From: Escherichia phage JoYop
Sequence record: OR769032.1
Strand: one strand, 5' to 3'
Length of the DNA: 64,000 nucleotides
Shown: one piece after another, positions 13,940 to 24,076 of the stretch
How the letters are laid out: each line of letters starts with the position of its first letter
Numbering within the stretch: the first letter of the stretch is position 1
Made by a program: the position numbers and the translations under genes
Notes under the pieces: generated by a model
The model's input: the letters and a program-made list of their open reading frames with translations, nothing else
The model's database searches: none
What the model was told of the DNA's origin: nothing

Positions 13940-15358
13940 TTATGGATAGGTATAGATGATACCAGTTTCTAAAGCAGTTTTATGAATGATGTATCCATTA
14001 CGCGATTCTTGAACATCAACTTCTGGATAATCTTTCATCATCTTCTGGAGAGTGTAACGATGCAGGTAGTATTTACTATCTGGGTCTTCAGTTTTCCAAT
14101 CTTTACCTTCTTCGGTCATTTTTTGGATTTCATCCATAACCCACCAACCGCACCAGATGTAAGCTGAAGTACGATGTGGAAGAGGATGAACATAAGGTAG
14201 TTCACCTTCTGGTTCCGGAGCAACTTTATCAGTTACCTGAACTTGACCTTCTGCTGTAACAGTTTTGCTATCATAATCAGTGGCGGTAACAGTTGCAGTA
14301 ACTTCAATAGTTTGACTTCCAATAGATGAGGTGTCAACTGTATACACATTAGTCGATTCTTCTACAGGAGAAGAATCTTTCTTCCATGAATAAGTAATTT
14401 GCGCTTCTTCTGGAGCATCAGTCACATTAGCAGTAAATGTAGCCGAAGCATCTTGTTGAACGTTAATAGAAGGAGGAGTCAATGTAACCTGTGGATTCAT
14501 TGTCTTCTTATTAACTGTTAATGACACTTCATTAGAAGTAACTTCCTTTTCATTGTAATTTTCAGCAGTTACTTGGGCTACGCATTTAATTCTTTTTACT
14601 CCACTTGTAGTTGGAGTATAGCTAAATGTAGAGTTAGTTTCTCCACCAACCTGTGAATCATCTACATACCACTGATACGTAGCAGATGCTCCATCAGGTT
14701 GAGAAGCTAAGGCAGCAGTAAATTGAACTGGGGTTCCAATTACTCCAGCTGAAGGACTAGCAGGAGTTACTGCCAAAGTAGTTGTCTGTGTCTTTTTATT
14801 AACAGTCAGTGACACTTCATTAGAAGTAACTTCTTTTGCATCATAATCTGTCGCGGTTACTTGAGCTACACACTTAATTGTTTTAACTCCGCTTGTGTCA
14901 GGAGTGTAATTGAATGTAGCGCTAGTCGCTTCGCTCACAGGAGAACCGTCAACGTGCCATTGATACGTAGCAGATGCGCCTGATGGCTGCGAAGCCAAAG
15001 CAGCAGTAAATTCAACAGCTGTTCCAATCACTCCAGCCGCAGGACTAGCAGGAGTTACGGCTAAGGTAGTCGTCTGAGTTTTGTTTTTGACTGTGATAGT
15101 TGTTGTTGCTTCAGCCGTTTCCGGGCCTCCTTCAGAAAGTGTATTTGTTGCAACAACTTTAATTGTTTTTGTTCCAGCAGGTCCTTTTAACACATAATCA
15201 AAAGTTTCTGCCGATCCTACTTGAGGAGCATCGTCTACACTCCAAGCATAGGTAATAGTTCCACCTCCAGTTTCACCACTGGGTGTAGCAGTAAACTGCT
15301 TGGTTTCATCAATAACCCCTGTCGGTGTTTTAGGAGTTATATCAACTGTAAAAGCCAT
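13940..15358 (-). CDS. hoc: Hoc outer capsid decoration protein, 472 aa with tandemly duplicated Ig-like domain
   Basis: N-terminus MAFTVDITPKTPTG and C-terminal capsid-binding region resemble T4 Hoc; two consecutive 96-aa units each starting KKTQTTTLAVTPASP and ending EVTSNEVSLTVN. Confidence 0.85.
   Translation of the reverse strand: MAFTVDITPKTPTGVIDETKQFTATPSGETGGGTITYAWSVDDAPQVGSAETFDYVLKGPAGTKTIKVVATNTLSEGGPETAEATTTITVKNKTQTTTLAVTPASPAAGVIGTAVEFTAALASQPSGASATYQWHVDGSPVSEATSATFNYTPDTSGVKTIKCVAQVTATDYDAKEVTSNEVSLTVNKKTQTTTLAVTPASPSAGVIGTPVQFTAALASQPDGASATYQWYVDDSQVGGETNSTFSYTPTTSGVKRIKCVAQVTAENYNEKEVTSNEVSLTVNKKTMNPQVTLTPPSINVQQDASATFTANVTDAPEEAQITYSWKKDSSPVEESTNVYTVDTSSIGSQTIEVTATVTATDYDSKTVTAEGQVQVTDKVAPEPEGELPYVHPLPHRTSAYIWCGWWVMDEIQKMTEEGKDWKTEDPDSKYYLHRYTLQKMMKDYPEVDVQESRNGYIIHKTALETGIIYTYP
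14510..15085 (-). repeat. In-frame tandem repeat of period 288 bp (2 units) inside hoc
   Basis: tgacacttcattagaagtaacttc recurs at 14522 and 14810; units are diverged at nucleotide level; boundaries approximate. Confidence 0.75.
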
Positions 15359-15367
15359 AAGTTATCC

Positions 15368-16048
15368 TTATTTTAATGTTACGAAAGAAGAATTGCGTGT
15401 TTCACGAATTAGAACTGATCCGTCGCGGTTAATGTAGTAAATTAAGCTAAATAAAGTTTGGTGTGCCGACGCATGTTCAAAACTAGTTGGATGAGATTTC
15501 CAATCAGGAGTTTCAGCAATCCATTGATAAATCCACCAAGGAACAGTACAGAATCCTGGATTTTTTCCAATCAGCTGAAGATTCGGACTAAAGTTTTCTG
15601 GAAGAGTAAATACAGACGGCTTTTCAGATTCAATAATCTCAGCTACAGCTTGTTCGAACTTTTCTTCAACAAAAGGAGTGTCTTCAATCAAAACATCAGT
15701 ATTTTCAGGAATTTTATCCGTTTCTACTACTTCAATTTTAATGTCAGATTTAACCGGAGAATCAATCAGAAGTGCTGCTTCTGGATTGACTTCTTCATCG
15801 TCATATTTTAATCCCTCTGCAGCATCAGCAGCATCAATTAAGTCTTTAATAGATAACCCATCAGTCTCTGGCATAGGTTCACTAGCGAGCTTCTGGAGGG
15901 CTTCTTCAATATCAGTAACGATATTATCAAAAGATTTATTCTTTTTGACCTTTATACCAAACTGTTCAGCATATTCAGCTAATTTAGCTTTAGCTTCTTT
16001 ATTATCATCAAGAGCCTTCAGCTCTGCAATATAATCTTTATCTATCAT
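15368..16048 (-). CDS. inh: Inhibitor of prohead protease, Inh (226 aa)
   Basis: 226 aa, position immediately upstream of hoc as in T4. Confidence 0.75.
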   Translation of the reverse strand: MIDKDYIAELKALDDNKEAKAKLAEYAEQFGIKVKKNKSFDNIVTDIEEALQKLASEPMPETDGLSIKDLIDAADAAEGLKYDDEEVNPEAALLIDSPVKSDIKIEVVETDKIPENTDVLIEDTPFVEEKFEQAVAEIIESEKPSVFTLPENFSPNLQLIGKNPGFCTVPWWIYQWIAETPDWKSHPTSFEHASAHQTLFSLIYYINRDGSVLIRETRNSSFVTLK

Positions 16049-16061
16049 AATATTTCCTCAG

Positions 16062-16069
16062 TATAAATA
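16062..16069 (+). promoter_or_regulatory. Late promoter box TATAAATA for uvsW
   Basis: Exact TATAAATA 30 bp upstream of uvsW ATG; uvsW is a late gene in T4. Confidence 0.6.
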
Positions 16070-16098
16070 TAGATATATTTATTACATGGTATTTAGAC

Positions 16099-17610
16099 AT
16101 GACTGACATTAAAGTACATTTTTATGATTTTAGTCACGTGAGAATTGATTGTGAAGAAAGTACATTTCATGAACTCCGTGATTTCTTTAGCTTTGAAGCT
16201 GACGGGTATCGTTTTAATCCGAAGTACAAATATGGCCACTGGGATGGACGAATCCGTCTTTTAGATTATAATCGACTTCTTCCATTTGGATTAGTCGGGC
16301 AAATTAAAAAGTTCTGCGATAACTTTGGCTATAAAGCCTGGATTGACCCACAAATTAACGAAAAAGAAGAATTATCAAGAAAAGATTTTGATGAATGGCT
16401 TTCTAAATTAGAAATCTATTCAGGAAATAAAAGAATTGAACCGCATTGGTATCAAAAAGATGCAGTATTCGAAGGATTAGTTAATCGTCGTAGAATTCTT
16501 AATCTTCCAACATCCGCAGGTAAATCTTTAATTCAGGCTTTGCTTGCTCGGTATTATTTGGAAAATTACGAAGGTAAAATTCTTATTATTGTTCCAACAA
16601 CTGCCTTAACAACTCAGATGGCTGATGACTTTGTTGACTATCGTTTATTCAGTCATGCAATGATAAAGAAAATCGGTGGTGGAGCATCAAAAGATGATAA
16701 ATATAAAAATGATGCACCAGTCGTTGTTGGTACATGGCAAACTGTAGTAAAACAACCGAAAGAATGGTTCTCACAATTTGGTATGATGATGAATGATGAA
16801 TGTCATCTTGCTACAGGAAAAAGTATTTCATCTATCATATCTGGTTTAAATAACTGCATGTTTAAATTTGGTCTATCAGGTTCATTACGTGATGGCAAAG
16901 CCAATATCATGCAGTATGTTGGAATGTTTGGTGAAATATTTAAGCCAGTAACGACTTCTAAATTAATGGAAGATGGACAAGTAACTGAGCTAAAAATTAA
17001 TAGTATTTTTCTTCGTTATCCTGATGAGTTCACTACTAAATTAAAGGGAAAAACTTATCAAGAAGAAATAAAAATTATTACTGGGCTCAGTAAAAGAAAT
17101 AAATGGATCGCTAAATTAGCTATTAAGCTTGCACAAAAAGATGAAAACGCTTTTGTCATGTTTAAACATGTATCGCATGGTAAAGCTATTTTCGATTTAA
17201 TTAAAAATGAATACGATAAAGTTTATTACGTATCAGGGGAAGTTGATACTGAAACACGCAATATAATGAAAACCTTAGCTGAAAATGGTAAAGGAATAAT
17301 TATAGTAGCTAGTTATGGTGTATTTTCTACTGGCATTTCAGTTAAAAATCTTCATCACGTTGTTTTAGCACACGGTGTTAAATCTAAAATTATCGTATTG
17401 CAAACAATAGGTCGCGTATTACGTAAGCATGGTTCTAAAACAATCGCAACAGTCTGGGACCTCATAGATGATTGTGGTGTTAAGCCAAAATCTGCTAATA
17501 CTAAAAAGAAATATGTTCATTTGAACTATCTTTTAAAACACGGTATTGATCGCATTCAGCGTTATGCAGATGAAAAATTTAATTACGTAATGAAAACAGT
17601 TAATTTATAA
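16099..17610 (+). CDS. uvsW: UvsW SF2 helicase (503 aa)
   Basis: Walker A LPTSAGKS, DExH box NDECHL, helicase C-terminal motifs; 503 aa. Confidence 0.88.
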   Translation: MTDIKVHFYDFSHVRIDCEESTFHELRDFFSFEADGYRFNPKYKYGHWDGRIRLLDYNRLLPFGLVGQIKKFCDNFGYKAWIDPQINEKEELSRKDFDEWLSKLEIYSGNKRIEPHWYQKDAVFEGLVNRRRILNLPTSAGKSLIQALLARYYLENYEGKILIIVPTTALTTQMADDFVDYRLFSHAMIKKIGGGASKDDKYKNDAPVVVGTWQTVVKQPKEWFSQFGMMMNDECHLATGKSISSIISGLNNCMFKFGLSGSLRDGKANIMQYVGMFGEIFKPVTTSKLMEDGQVTELKINSIFLRYPDEFTTKLKGKTYQEEIKIITGLSKRNKWIAKLAIKLAQKDENAFVMFKHVSHGKAIFDLIKNEYDKVYYVSGEVDTETRNIMKTLAENGKGIIIVASYGVFSTGISVKNLHHVVLAHGVKSKIIVLQTIGRVLRKHGSKTIATVWDLIDDCGVKPKSANTKKKYVHLNYLLKHGIDRIQRYADEKFNYVMKTVNL

Positions 17611-17622
17611 GGGCTTCGGCCC
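17611..17622 (+). terminator. Short hairpin gggcttcggccc between uvsW and uvsW.1
   Basis: Starts immediately after the uvsW stop, followed by GGAGA and ATG. Confidence 0.4.
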
Positions 17623-17635
17623 TTTGGAGAAAAAG

Positions 17636-17866
17636 ATGTTACTAGAATTTAAACAATTTCTTTATGAAGCTTCTATTGATGAATTTATGGGTAAAATTGC
17701 CTCTTGCCAAACATTAGAAGGTTTAGAAGAACTTGAAGCTTATTATAAGAAAAGAGTTAAAGAAACTGAATTAAAAGATACTGATGACATCTCTGTGAGA
17801 GATGCTTTGGCAGGAAAAAGAGCTGAATTAGAAGATTCAGACGATGAAGTAGAAGAAAGCTTTTAA
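17636..17866 (+). CDS. uvsW.1: UvsW.1 (76 aa from ATG)
   Basis: ORF track start 17624 is TTG; ATG at 17636 follows SD GGAGA and gives 76 aa. Confidence 0.65.
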   Translation: MLLEFKQFLYEASIDEFMGKIASCQTLEGLEELEAYYKKRVKETELKDTDDISVRDALAGKRAELEDSDDEVEESF

Positions 17867-17875
17867 ATTAAAAAA

Positions 17876-17898
17876 GGCCCAACCGAAAAGGAAGGGCC
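17876..17898. terminator. Hairpin ggccc...gggcc between uvsW.1 and the convergent uvsY cluster
   Basis: 5-bp GC stem with 13-nt loop between convergent transcription units. Confidence 0.35.
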
Positions 17899-17921
17899 AA
17901 AACTATAGACTAAAGGTCACA

Positions 17922-18089
17922 CTATAGCAAAAGTTGTGTTTCATTTAATTGTTCTTCCGAACTTTCTGAAACTGGTAGTTCTTTAATGTAATTATAGCAA
18001 GGCCCAGGATGTACAGGACCTTTGTCTGTTTCAACAACCAATGCAGAATCGATTGGAGTTTTACAGACAACACAAATCTTATCTGACAT
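17922..18089 (-). CDS. Small Cys-containing protein (55 aa), probable uvsY.-1
   Basis: Hand-translated: MSDKICVVCKTPIDSALVVETDKGPVHPGPCYNYIKELPVSESSEEQLNETQLLL; strong SD AGGAG 7 nt upstream; below ORF-track length cutoff. Confidence 0.5.
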   Translation of the reverse strand: MSDKICVVCKTPIDSALVVETDKGPVHPGPCYNYIKELPVSESSEEQLNETQLLL

Positions 18090-18117
18090 GATTGTCTCCT
18101 CTAAATTATATATCTAT

Positions 18118-18342
18118 TTATATAACTCTCATATGCATATCAATGCCCATATCTTTAGAATAAAAATATTCATCGAGATATCCGGCAAATTTTCCTTTAA
18201 TATAAAGGACATCTTCACCGCACGGATGGTCGGCCAGGATACGAATATCCTGACGCTTGAGATTATGCTTTTTCATTAAAAATTGAATCTCAGTTTCAAA
18301 TTCTTCTTCATAATTAAAAGCATCATCAATATTATATCTCAT
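18118..18342 (-). CDS. Hypothetical protein (74 aa), probable uvsY.-2
   Basis: ORF with ATG start immediately downstream of uvsY. Confidence 0.55.
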   Translation of the reverse strand: MRYNIDDAFNYEEEFETEIQFLMKKHNLKRQDIRILADHPCGEDVLYIKGKFAGYLDEYFYSKDMGIDMHMRVI

Positions 18343-18755
18343 TATTTTCCAGCCTCAAATGCCCGCATGTCTTGAATATGCTTAATAGCAAATCCTCGTG
18401 ATTTGATAGCATCAAGAGCTCCACTGCAGAAATCTAATAAAATCCCCCAATACTGCAGCGAGGTATCAACCTTTAAAACATCCTTATCAGCTGATAGAAC
18501 TGTTTTCATTTCTGATTTCTCATAGCGATCCATACTAAATTCATCACCATCTCCTCGTCCCGAGTAGTAGTCTAATTTAGCTTTAAGAGCAACTTTTTTC
18601 TGTGCATCAATTCTAAGCATTTCCTTTTTAATACTTGAATGCTTATTAAGCCATTTACTATATAGCATTACATTGTTAGCTGCTTCATACTGTAATTTAG
18701 TCGAATCTATAAACACATCTTTCTTCAATTCTTCTTGAAGATCTTCTAATTTCAT
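18342..18755 (-). CDS. uvsY: UvsY recombination mediator (137 aa)
   Basis: 137 aa equals T4 UvsY; N-terminus MKLEDLQEELKKD. Confidence 0.88.
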   Translation of the reverse strand: MKLEDLQEELKKDVFIDSTKLQYEAANNVMLYSKWLNKHSSIKKEMLRIDAQKKVALKAKLDYYSGRGDGDEFSMDRYEKSEMKTVLSADKDVLKVDTSLQYWGILLDFCSGALDAIKSRGFAIKHIQDMRAFEAGK

Positions 18756-18821
18756 GTTGTTCTCTATTCAATTGTTATTGGATGGACTTAGATTCATTAT
18801 ACCACGTTTATACGTGAAGCA

Positions 18822-19220
18822 TTATACTCTGTTACTGGAAGCCAGTTGCAGTTTTATCTGCTCAATATCATCAGGGTTATCGATGACCGAAAAGCGTATT
18901 TCTACTATCAGAGTATAATCATCATAAACCGGTATCACATTAACTGCTAATTTATCAATACGTGGCTCGTAGTTTCTTACTGCGCTTTCAATGTTACGCT
19001 CAACCGTGTCAGCAGTAAGAGGAGTCATATTCTCAAAAAGCTGGTCGGATAAATCACATCCAAATTCAGGGTCAAACGGTCTTGAACCTTTTCTCGTTGT
19101 AATAATTCCCAAAAGGCTATTTTTAATTGACCTTAATCCAAGCGATCTGGAAACGTCTTTGTCCCAGTCCATTTTCATTTCTGGGTCAATGTCAGAATAA
19201 AGCTTATTAATATTTGCCAT
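18822..19220 (-). CDS. 25: Baseplate wedge protein gp25 (132 aa)
   Basis: 132 aa equals T4 gp25; synteny 26-25. Confidence 0.88.
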   Translation of the reverse strand: MANINKLYSDIDPEMKMDWDKDVSRSLGLRSIKNSLLGIITTRKGSRPFDPEFGCDLSDQLFENMTPLTADTVERNIESAVRNYEPRIDKLAVNVIPVYDDYTLIVEIRFSVIDNPDDIEQIKLQLASSNRV

Positions 19221-19846
19221 TACAATAGCTCAAAGAATTCTTTGAGTCCTCTTATTACATGAGCGTGAGTTTTTCCACACTCTGGACACTTAATTGGAAC
19301 AGCCAAATAAACAGTAGGTTTTAAAAGCATATCTTTTATAGCTACAATATCTGACTCTGTGATGATAGAATATAAATCTTCCAATTCCTTTTCATTTAAG
19401 TCTTCAACTGGAATGCTTTCTCCGCTAGCATGAATCGTTTCTATACACGATACTATCATGTGGGCTATATTTTTATCATCAAAAATTTTAGGGTAATGGA
19501 ACTTAATTTTAATGTCGCCTAGTGTATACCAGAGGTCTTCTGGTGCATCTATTTGTGTATGTAATAGATTTATATGGGTTGGTATTTCAGTTCCACAGGT
19601 GCACTTCCAGGAGTTTTCGTGATTAACTTCTCCAAGAGAATGCGCCCATAAATGAATCAGTAATAGTTCTGATTCTTGACGGTTTAAATCTTTTGCATTT
19701 GTACAGTCTTTGATTAGCTTTTTAACAATTTCTTCTACGGAACCATTATTTTTGGCAGTAATAAGTTCTAGATATTCTTTAAGCGTGAATGCGCGACAGT
19801 TGATTATTTTAGAACCAACTCTCACGTCAAATTTATATTCATACAT
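19220..19846 (-). CDS. 26: Baseplate hub protein gp26 (208 aa)
   Basis: 208 aa equals T4 gp26; divergent from gene 51. Confidence 0.85.
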   Translation of the reverse strand: MYEYKFDVRVGSKIINCRAFTLKEYLELITAKNNGSVEEIVKKLIKDCTNAKDLNRQESELLLIHLWAHSLGEVNHENSWKCTCGTEIPTHINLLHTQIDAPEDLWYTLGDIKIKFHYPKIFDDKNIAHMIVSCIETIHASGESIPVEDLNEKELEDLYSIITESDIVAIKDMLLKPTVYLAVPIKCPECGKTHAHVIRGLKEFFELL

Positions 19847-19867
19847 ATTTAGCTCCTTTATTTATCA

Positions 19868-19875
19868 TATTTATA
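19868..19875 (-). promoter_or_regulatory. Late promoter box TATAAATA (minus strand) for genes 26-25
   Basis: Plus-strand tatttata; 22 bp upstream of gene 26 ATG. Confidence 0.55.
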
Positions 19876-19879
19876 AATA
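19872..19879 (+). promoter_or_regulatory. Late promoter box TATAAATA (plus strand) for gene 51
   Basis: Exact TATAAATA 17 bp upstream of gene 51 ATG; overlaps the minus-strand box by 4 bp. Confidence 0.55.
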
Positions 19880-19896
19880 GAATAAAAGGAGCATCT

Positions 19897-20649
19897 ATGG
19901 CAAACATTATTCGTTGTAAATTACCAGATGGTGTTCATCGTTTTAAACCATTTACGGTAGAAGATTATCGAGATTTTTTGTTAGTTCGAAACGATATAGA
20001 ACATCGGTCACCACAAGAACAAAAAGAAGTAATTGCTGATTTAATTGCTGATTATTTTGGAGACTATCCAAAGACTTGGCAACCATTTATATTTTTGCAG
20101 GTATTTGTAGGGTCAATAGGCAAAACTAAAGTACCAGTCACATTTGTGTGTCCAAAATGTAAAAAAGAAAAGACGGTTCCATTTGAAATATACCAAAAAG
20201 AATTAAAGGAACCTGTTTTTGATGTAGCTAATGTTAAAATTAAATTAAAGTTTCCTTCTGAGTTTTATGAAAATAAAGCAAAGATGATTACTGAAAATAT
20301 TCATTCTGTTCAAGTAGATGAAACTTGGTATGATTGGAAGGAAATTAGCGAATCGAGTCAAATAGAACTTGTTGACGCCATCGAGATAGAAACATTAGAA
20401 AAAATTCTCGATTCAATGAATCCTATTAATTTAACATTGCACATGTCGTGTTGTAATAAGTATGTAAAAAAATACACTGATATAGTAGATGTGTTTAAGC
20501 TATTAGTTAACCCAGATGAAATATTTACTTTTTATCAAATTAATCACACACTCGTAAAAAGTAATTATAGCTTAAATTCAATAATGAAAATGATTCCTGC
20601 CGAGCGCGGATTCGTATTAAAACTGATTGAGAAGGATAAACATCAATGA
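19897..20649 (+). CDS. 51: Baseplate hub assembly protein gp51 (250 aa)
   Basis: Size and position between 26 and 27. Confidence 0.85.
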   Translation: MANIIRCKLPDGVHRFKPFTVEDYRDFLLVRNDIEHRSPQEQKEVIADLIADYFGDYPKTWQPFIFLQVFVGSIGKTKVPVTFVCPKCKKEKTVPFEIYQKELKEPVFDVANVKIKLKFPSEFYENKAKMITENIHSVQVDETWYDWKEISESSQIELVDAIEIETLEKILDSMNPINLTLHMSCCNKYVKKYTDIVDVFKLLVNPDEIFTFYQINHTLVKSNYSLNSIMKMIPAERGFVLKLIEKDKHQ

Positions 20650-21821
20650 GTATGTTACAACGCCCTGGATATCCAAATCTCAGCGTTAAATTATTTGATA
20701 GCTACGACGCTTGGAGTAATAATAGATTTGTTGAATTAGCTGCTACTATTACCACATTAACTATGCGGGATTCTCTTTATGGCCGAAATGAAGGAATGCT
20801 GCAGTTTTATGATTCTAAAAATATCCACACAAAAATGGATGGAAATGAAATAATTCAAATTTCGGTAGCTAATGCAAACGATATTAATAATGTTAAAACG
20901 CGAATTTATGGATGTAAGCATTTTTCCGTATCAGTAGATTCAAAGGGTGATAACATCATTGCTATTGAATTGGGAACTATTCATTCTATAGAAAATCTTA
21001 AATTTGGTAGGCCGTTTTTCCCTGATGCCGGGGAATCTATAAAGGAAATGCTTGGTGTCATTTATCAAGACCGCACATTATTAACTCCAGCAATAAATGC
21101 TATAAATGCTTATGTTCCTGATATTCCATGGACTAGTACATTTGAAAATTATTTGTCCTATGTAAGAGAAGTTGCTCTAGCTGTAGGAAGTGACAAATTT
21201 GTATTTGTGTGGCAAGACATCATGGGAGTTAACATGATGGACTATGATATGATGATAAATCAAGAACCATATCCAATGATTGTCGGTGAGCCATCTTTAA
21301 TAGGTCAATTCATCCAAGAATTAAAATATCCATTAGCATATGATTTCGTTTGGTTGACTAAATCGAATCCTCATAAACGTGACCCAATGAAAAATGCTAC
21401 TATCTATGCGCATTCATTTTTAGATTCTTCATTGCCAATGATTACTACAGGAAAGGGCGAAAACTCTATTGTAGTGTCAAGGTCAGGAGCTTATTCTGAA
21501 ATGACTTATAGGAATGGCTATGAAGAAGCTATTCGTCTTCAGACTATGGCACAGTATGATGGTTACGCTAAATGTTCTACTGTCGGTAATTTTAACTTGA
21601 CTCCTGGCGTTAAAATTATTTTTAATGATAGTAAAAATCAATTTAAAACCGAATTTTACGTTGATGAAGTTATCCATGAATTATCAAATAATAATTCCGT
21701 AACTCATCTATATATGTTCACTAATGCAACGAAACTGGAAACAATAGACCCAGTTAAGGTTAAAAATGAATTTAAATCTGATACTACCACTGAAGAAAGT
21801 AGTTCTTCCAATAAGCAATAA
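20646..21821 (+). CDS. 27: Baseplate hub protein gp27 (391 aa)
   Basis: 391 aa equals T4 gp27. Confidence 0.88.
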   Translation: MSMLQRPGYPNLSVKLFDSYDAWSNNRFVELAATITTLTMRDSLYGRNEGMLQFYDSKNIHTKMDGNEIIQISVANANDINNVKTRIYGCKHFSVSVDSKGDNIIAIELGTIHSIENLKFGRPFFPDAGESIKEMLGVIYQDRTLLTPAINAINAYVPDIPWTSTFENYLSYVREVALAVGSDKFVFVWQDIMGVNMMDYDMMINQEPYPMIVGEPSLIGQFIQELKYPLAYDFVWLTKSNPHKRDPMKNATIYAHSFLDSSLPMITTGKGENSIVVSRSGAYSEMTYRNGYEEAIRLQTMAQYDGYAKCSTVGNFNLTPGVKIIFNDSKNQFKTEFYVDEVIHELSNNNSVTHLYMFTNATKLETIDPVKVKNEFKSDTTTEESSSSNKQ

Positions 21822-22299
21822 AGAAGTTTCTATTCCTAAAATGGGTCTTAAACATTATAATATTTTAAAAGATGTTAAAGGTCCTGATGAAAATTTAAAA
21901 CTTCTTATTGATTCTATTTGTCCGAATTTATCACCAGCAGAAGTTGATTTCGTTTCCATTCATTTATTGGAATTTAATGGAAAGATTAAATCTCGTAAAG
22001 AAATAGATGGATATACTTATGACATAAATGATGTTTATGTATGTCAAAGATTAGAATTTCAATACCAAGGAAATACATTTTATTTTAGACCTCCTGGAAA
22101 ATTTGAACAATTTTTAACTGTGAGCGATATGTTATCCAAATGCTTGCTTAAGGTCAACGATGAAGTTAAAGAAATTAATTTTCTTGAGATGCCAGCATTC
22201 GTTTTAAAATGGGCAAATGATATTTTTACAACTTTAGCAATTCCTGGCCCTAATGGTCCAATAACTGGAATTGGCAATATTATTGGATTATTTGAATGA
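21766..22299 (+). CDS. 28: Baseplate hub distal protein gp28 (177 aa)
   Basis: 177 aa equals T4 gp28; overlaps gene 27 end in another frame. Confidence 0.8.
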   Translation: MNLNLILPLKKVVLPISNKEVSIPKMGLKHYNILKDVKGPDENLKLLIDSICPNLSPAEVDFVSIHLLEFNGKIKSRKEIDGYTYDINDVYVCQRLEFQYQGNTFYFRPPGKFEQFLTVSDMLSKCLLKVNDEVKEINFLEMPAFVLKWANDIFTTLAIPGPNGPITGIGNIIGLFE

Positions 22300-24068
22300 A
22301 AAAGCCACAAGAAATGCAAACGATGCGTAGAAAAGTTATTTCAGATAATAAACCAACACAGGAAGCGGCTAAATCCGCTTCCAACACTTTATCTGGGCTT
22401 AATGACATTTCTACAAAATTGGATGATGCTCAAGCTGCTTCTGAATTAATAGCTCAAACTGTTGAAGAAAAATCAAATGAAATAGTTGGAGCAATTAATA
22501 ATGTAGAAAGTGCAGTGAGTGATACTACCGCAGGTTCTGAGTTAATTGCCGAGACTGTTGAAATTGGCAATAATATCAATAAAGAAATAGGTGAATCACT
22601 CGGAAGCAAATTAGATAAATTAACAAGTTTACTAGAGCAAAAAATTCAGACAGCTGGAATTCAACAAACAGGAACGAGTTTAGCAGTAGTCGAAAATGCT
22701 ATTCCTGTTAAAGTTGTTGAAGATGATACAGCTGAATCTGTGGGTCCTTTATTACCTGCTCCTGAAGCAGTTAATAATGATCCTGATGCTGATTTTTTCC
22801 CTACTCCTCAGCCAGTTGAGCCAAAGCAAGAATCACCAGAAGAAAAACAGAAAAAAGAAGCATTTAACTTAAAATTATCTCAAGCTTTAGATAAATTAAC
22901 AAAGACAGTTGATTTTGGATTTAAGAAATCCATTTCAATTACTGATAAAATATCAAGCATGCTATTTAAGTACACCGTCAGTGCTGCTATTGAAGCTGCT
23001 AAAATGACTGCAATGATATTGGCTGTTGTTGTTGGAATAGACCTTTTGATGGTTCACTTTAAATACTGGTCAGATAAATTTTCGCAAGCCTGGGACTTGT
23101 TTAGTACTGACTTTACTAAATTCTCTAGCGAAACCGGAACATGGGGGCCTTTATTACAGAGCATCTTTAGCTCTATTGACGAAATTAAAAAATTCTGGGA
23201 AGCGGGAGATTGGGGTGGTTTGACGGTAGCTATTGTAGAAGGGCTTGGAAAGGTTCTCTATAATTTAGGTGAACTTATTCAATTAGGTATGGCTAAATTA
23301 TCTGCTGCAATTCTTCGAGTCATTCCTGGCATGAAAGACACTGCTGATGAAGTAGAAGGAAGAGCATTGGAAAATTTCCAAAATTCTACTGGAGCATCTC
23401 TCAATAAAGAAGACCAGGAAAAAGTTGCAAATTATCAAGATAAAAGAATGAATGGAGACCTTGGTCCGATAGCAAAAGGGTTAGACAAGATTGCGAACTG
23501 GAAAACTCGCGCATCTAACTGGATTCGTGGTGTTGATAATAAAGAAGCACTGACTACCGACGAAGAGCGTGCGGCAGAAGAAGAAAAATTAAAGCAACTT
23601 TCGCCTGAAGAAAGAAAAAATGCTTTAATGAAGGCCAATGAAGCTCGTGCCGCGATGATTCGTTTTGAAAAATATGCTGATTCAGCTGATATGAGTAAAG
23701 ACTCAACGGTTAAATCTGTTGAATCTGCCTATGAAGACCTTAAAAAACGGATGGATGACCCGGATTTAAATAATTCACCGGCAGTTAAAAAAGAACTTGC
23801 TGCTAGATTTTCTAAAATTGATGCTACTTATCAAGAGCTCAAGAAAAATCAGCCTAATGCCAAACCTGAAACTTCGGCTAAATCACCGGAAGCGAAACAG
23901 GTTCAGGTGATTGAAAAGAACAAAGCACAGCAAGCTCCTGTTCAACAAGCATCTCCTTCAATCAATAATACTAATAATGTTATTAAGAAAAATACTGTCG
24001 TTCATAATATGACACCTGTCACAAGCACAACTGCTCCTGGTGTATTTGATGCGACTGGAGTTAATTAA
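22296..24068 (+). CDS. 29: Tail tape measure / hub protein gp29 (590 aa)
   Basis: 590 aa equals T4 gp29. Confidence 0.88.
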   Translation: MKKPQEMQTMRRKVISDNKPTQEAAKSASNTLSGLNDISTKLDDAQAASELIAQTVEEKSNEIVGAINNVESAVSDTTAGSELIAETVEIGNNINKEIGESLGSKLDKLTSLLEQKIQTAGIQQTGTSLAVVENAIPVKVVEDDTAESVGPLLPAPEAVNNDPDADFFPTPQPVEPKQESPEEKQKKEAFNLKLSQALDKLTKTVDFGFKKSISITDKISSMLFKYTVSAAIEAAKMTAMILAVVVGIDLLMVHFKYWSDKFSQAWDLFSTDFTKFSSETGTWGPLLQSIFSSIDEIKKFWEAGDWGGLTVAIVEGLGKVLYNLGELIQLGMAKLSAAILRVIPGMKDTADEVEGRALENFQNSTGASLNKEDQEKVANYQDKRMNGDLGPIAKGLDKIANWKTRASNWIRGVDNKEALTTDEERAAEEEKLKQLSPEERKNALMKANEARAAMIRFEKYADSADMSKDSTVKSVESAYEDLKKRMDDPDLNNSPAVKKELAARFSKIDATYQELKKNQPNAKPETSAKSPEAKQVQVIEKNKAQQAPVQQASPSINNTNNVIKKNTVVHNMTPVTSTTAPGVFDATGVN

Positions 24069-24076
24069 GGAATAAT

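Noticed and set aside
18022-18279. Plus-strand ORF (85 aa) in the uvsW.1-uvsY gap
   Set aside because: Antisense to the SD-preceded minus-strand ORFs at 17922-18089 and 18118-18342; no SD; low-complexity sequence.
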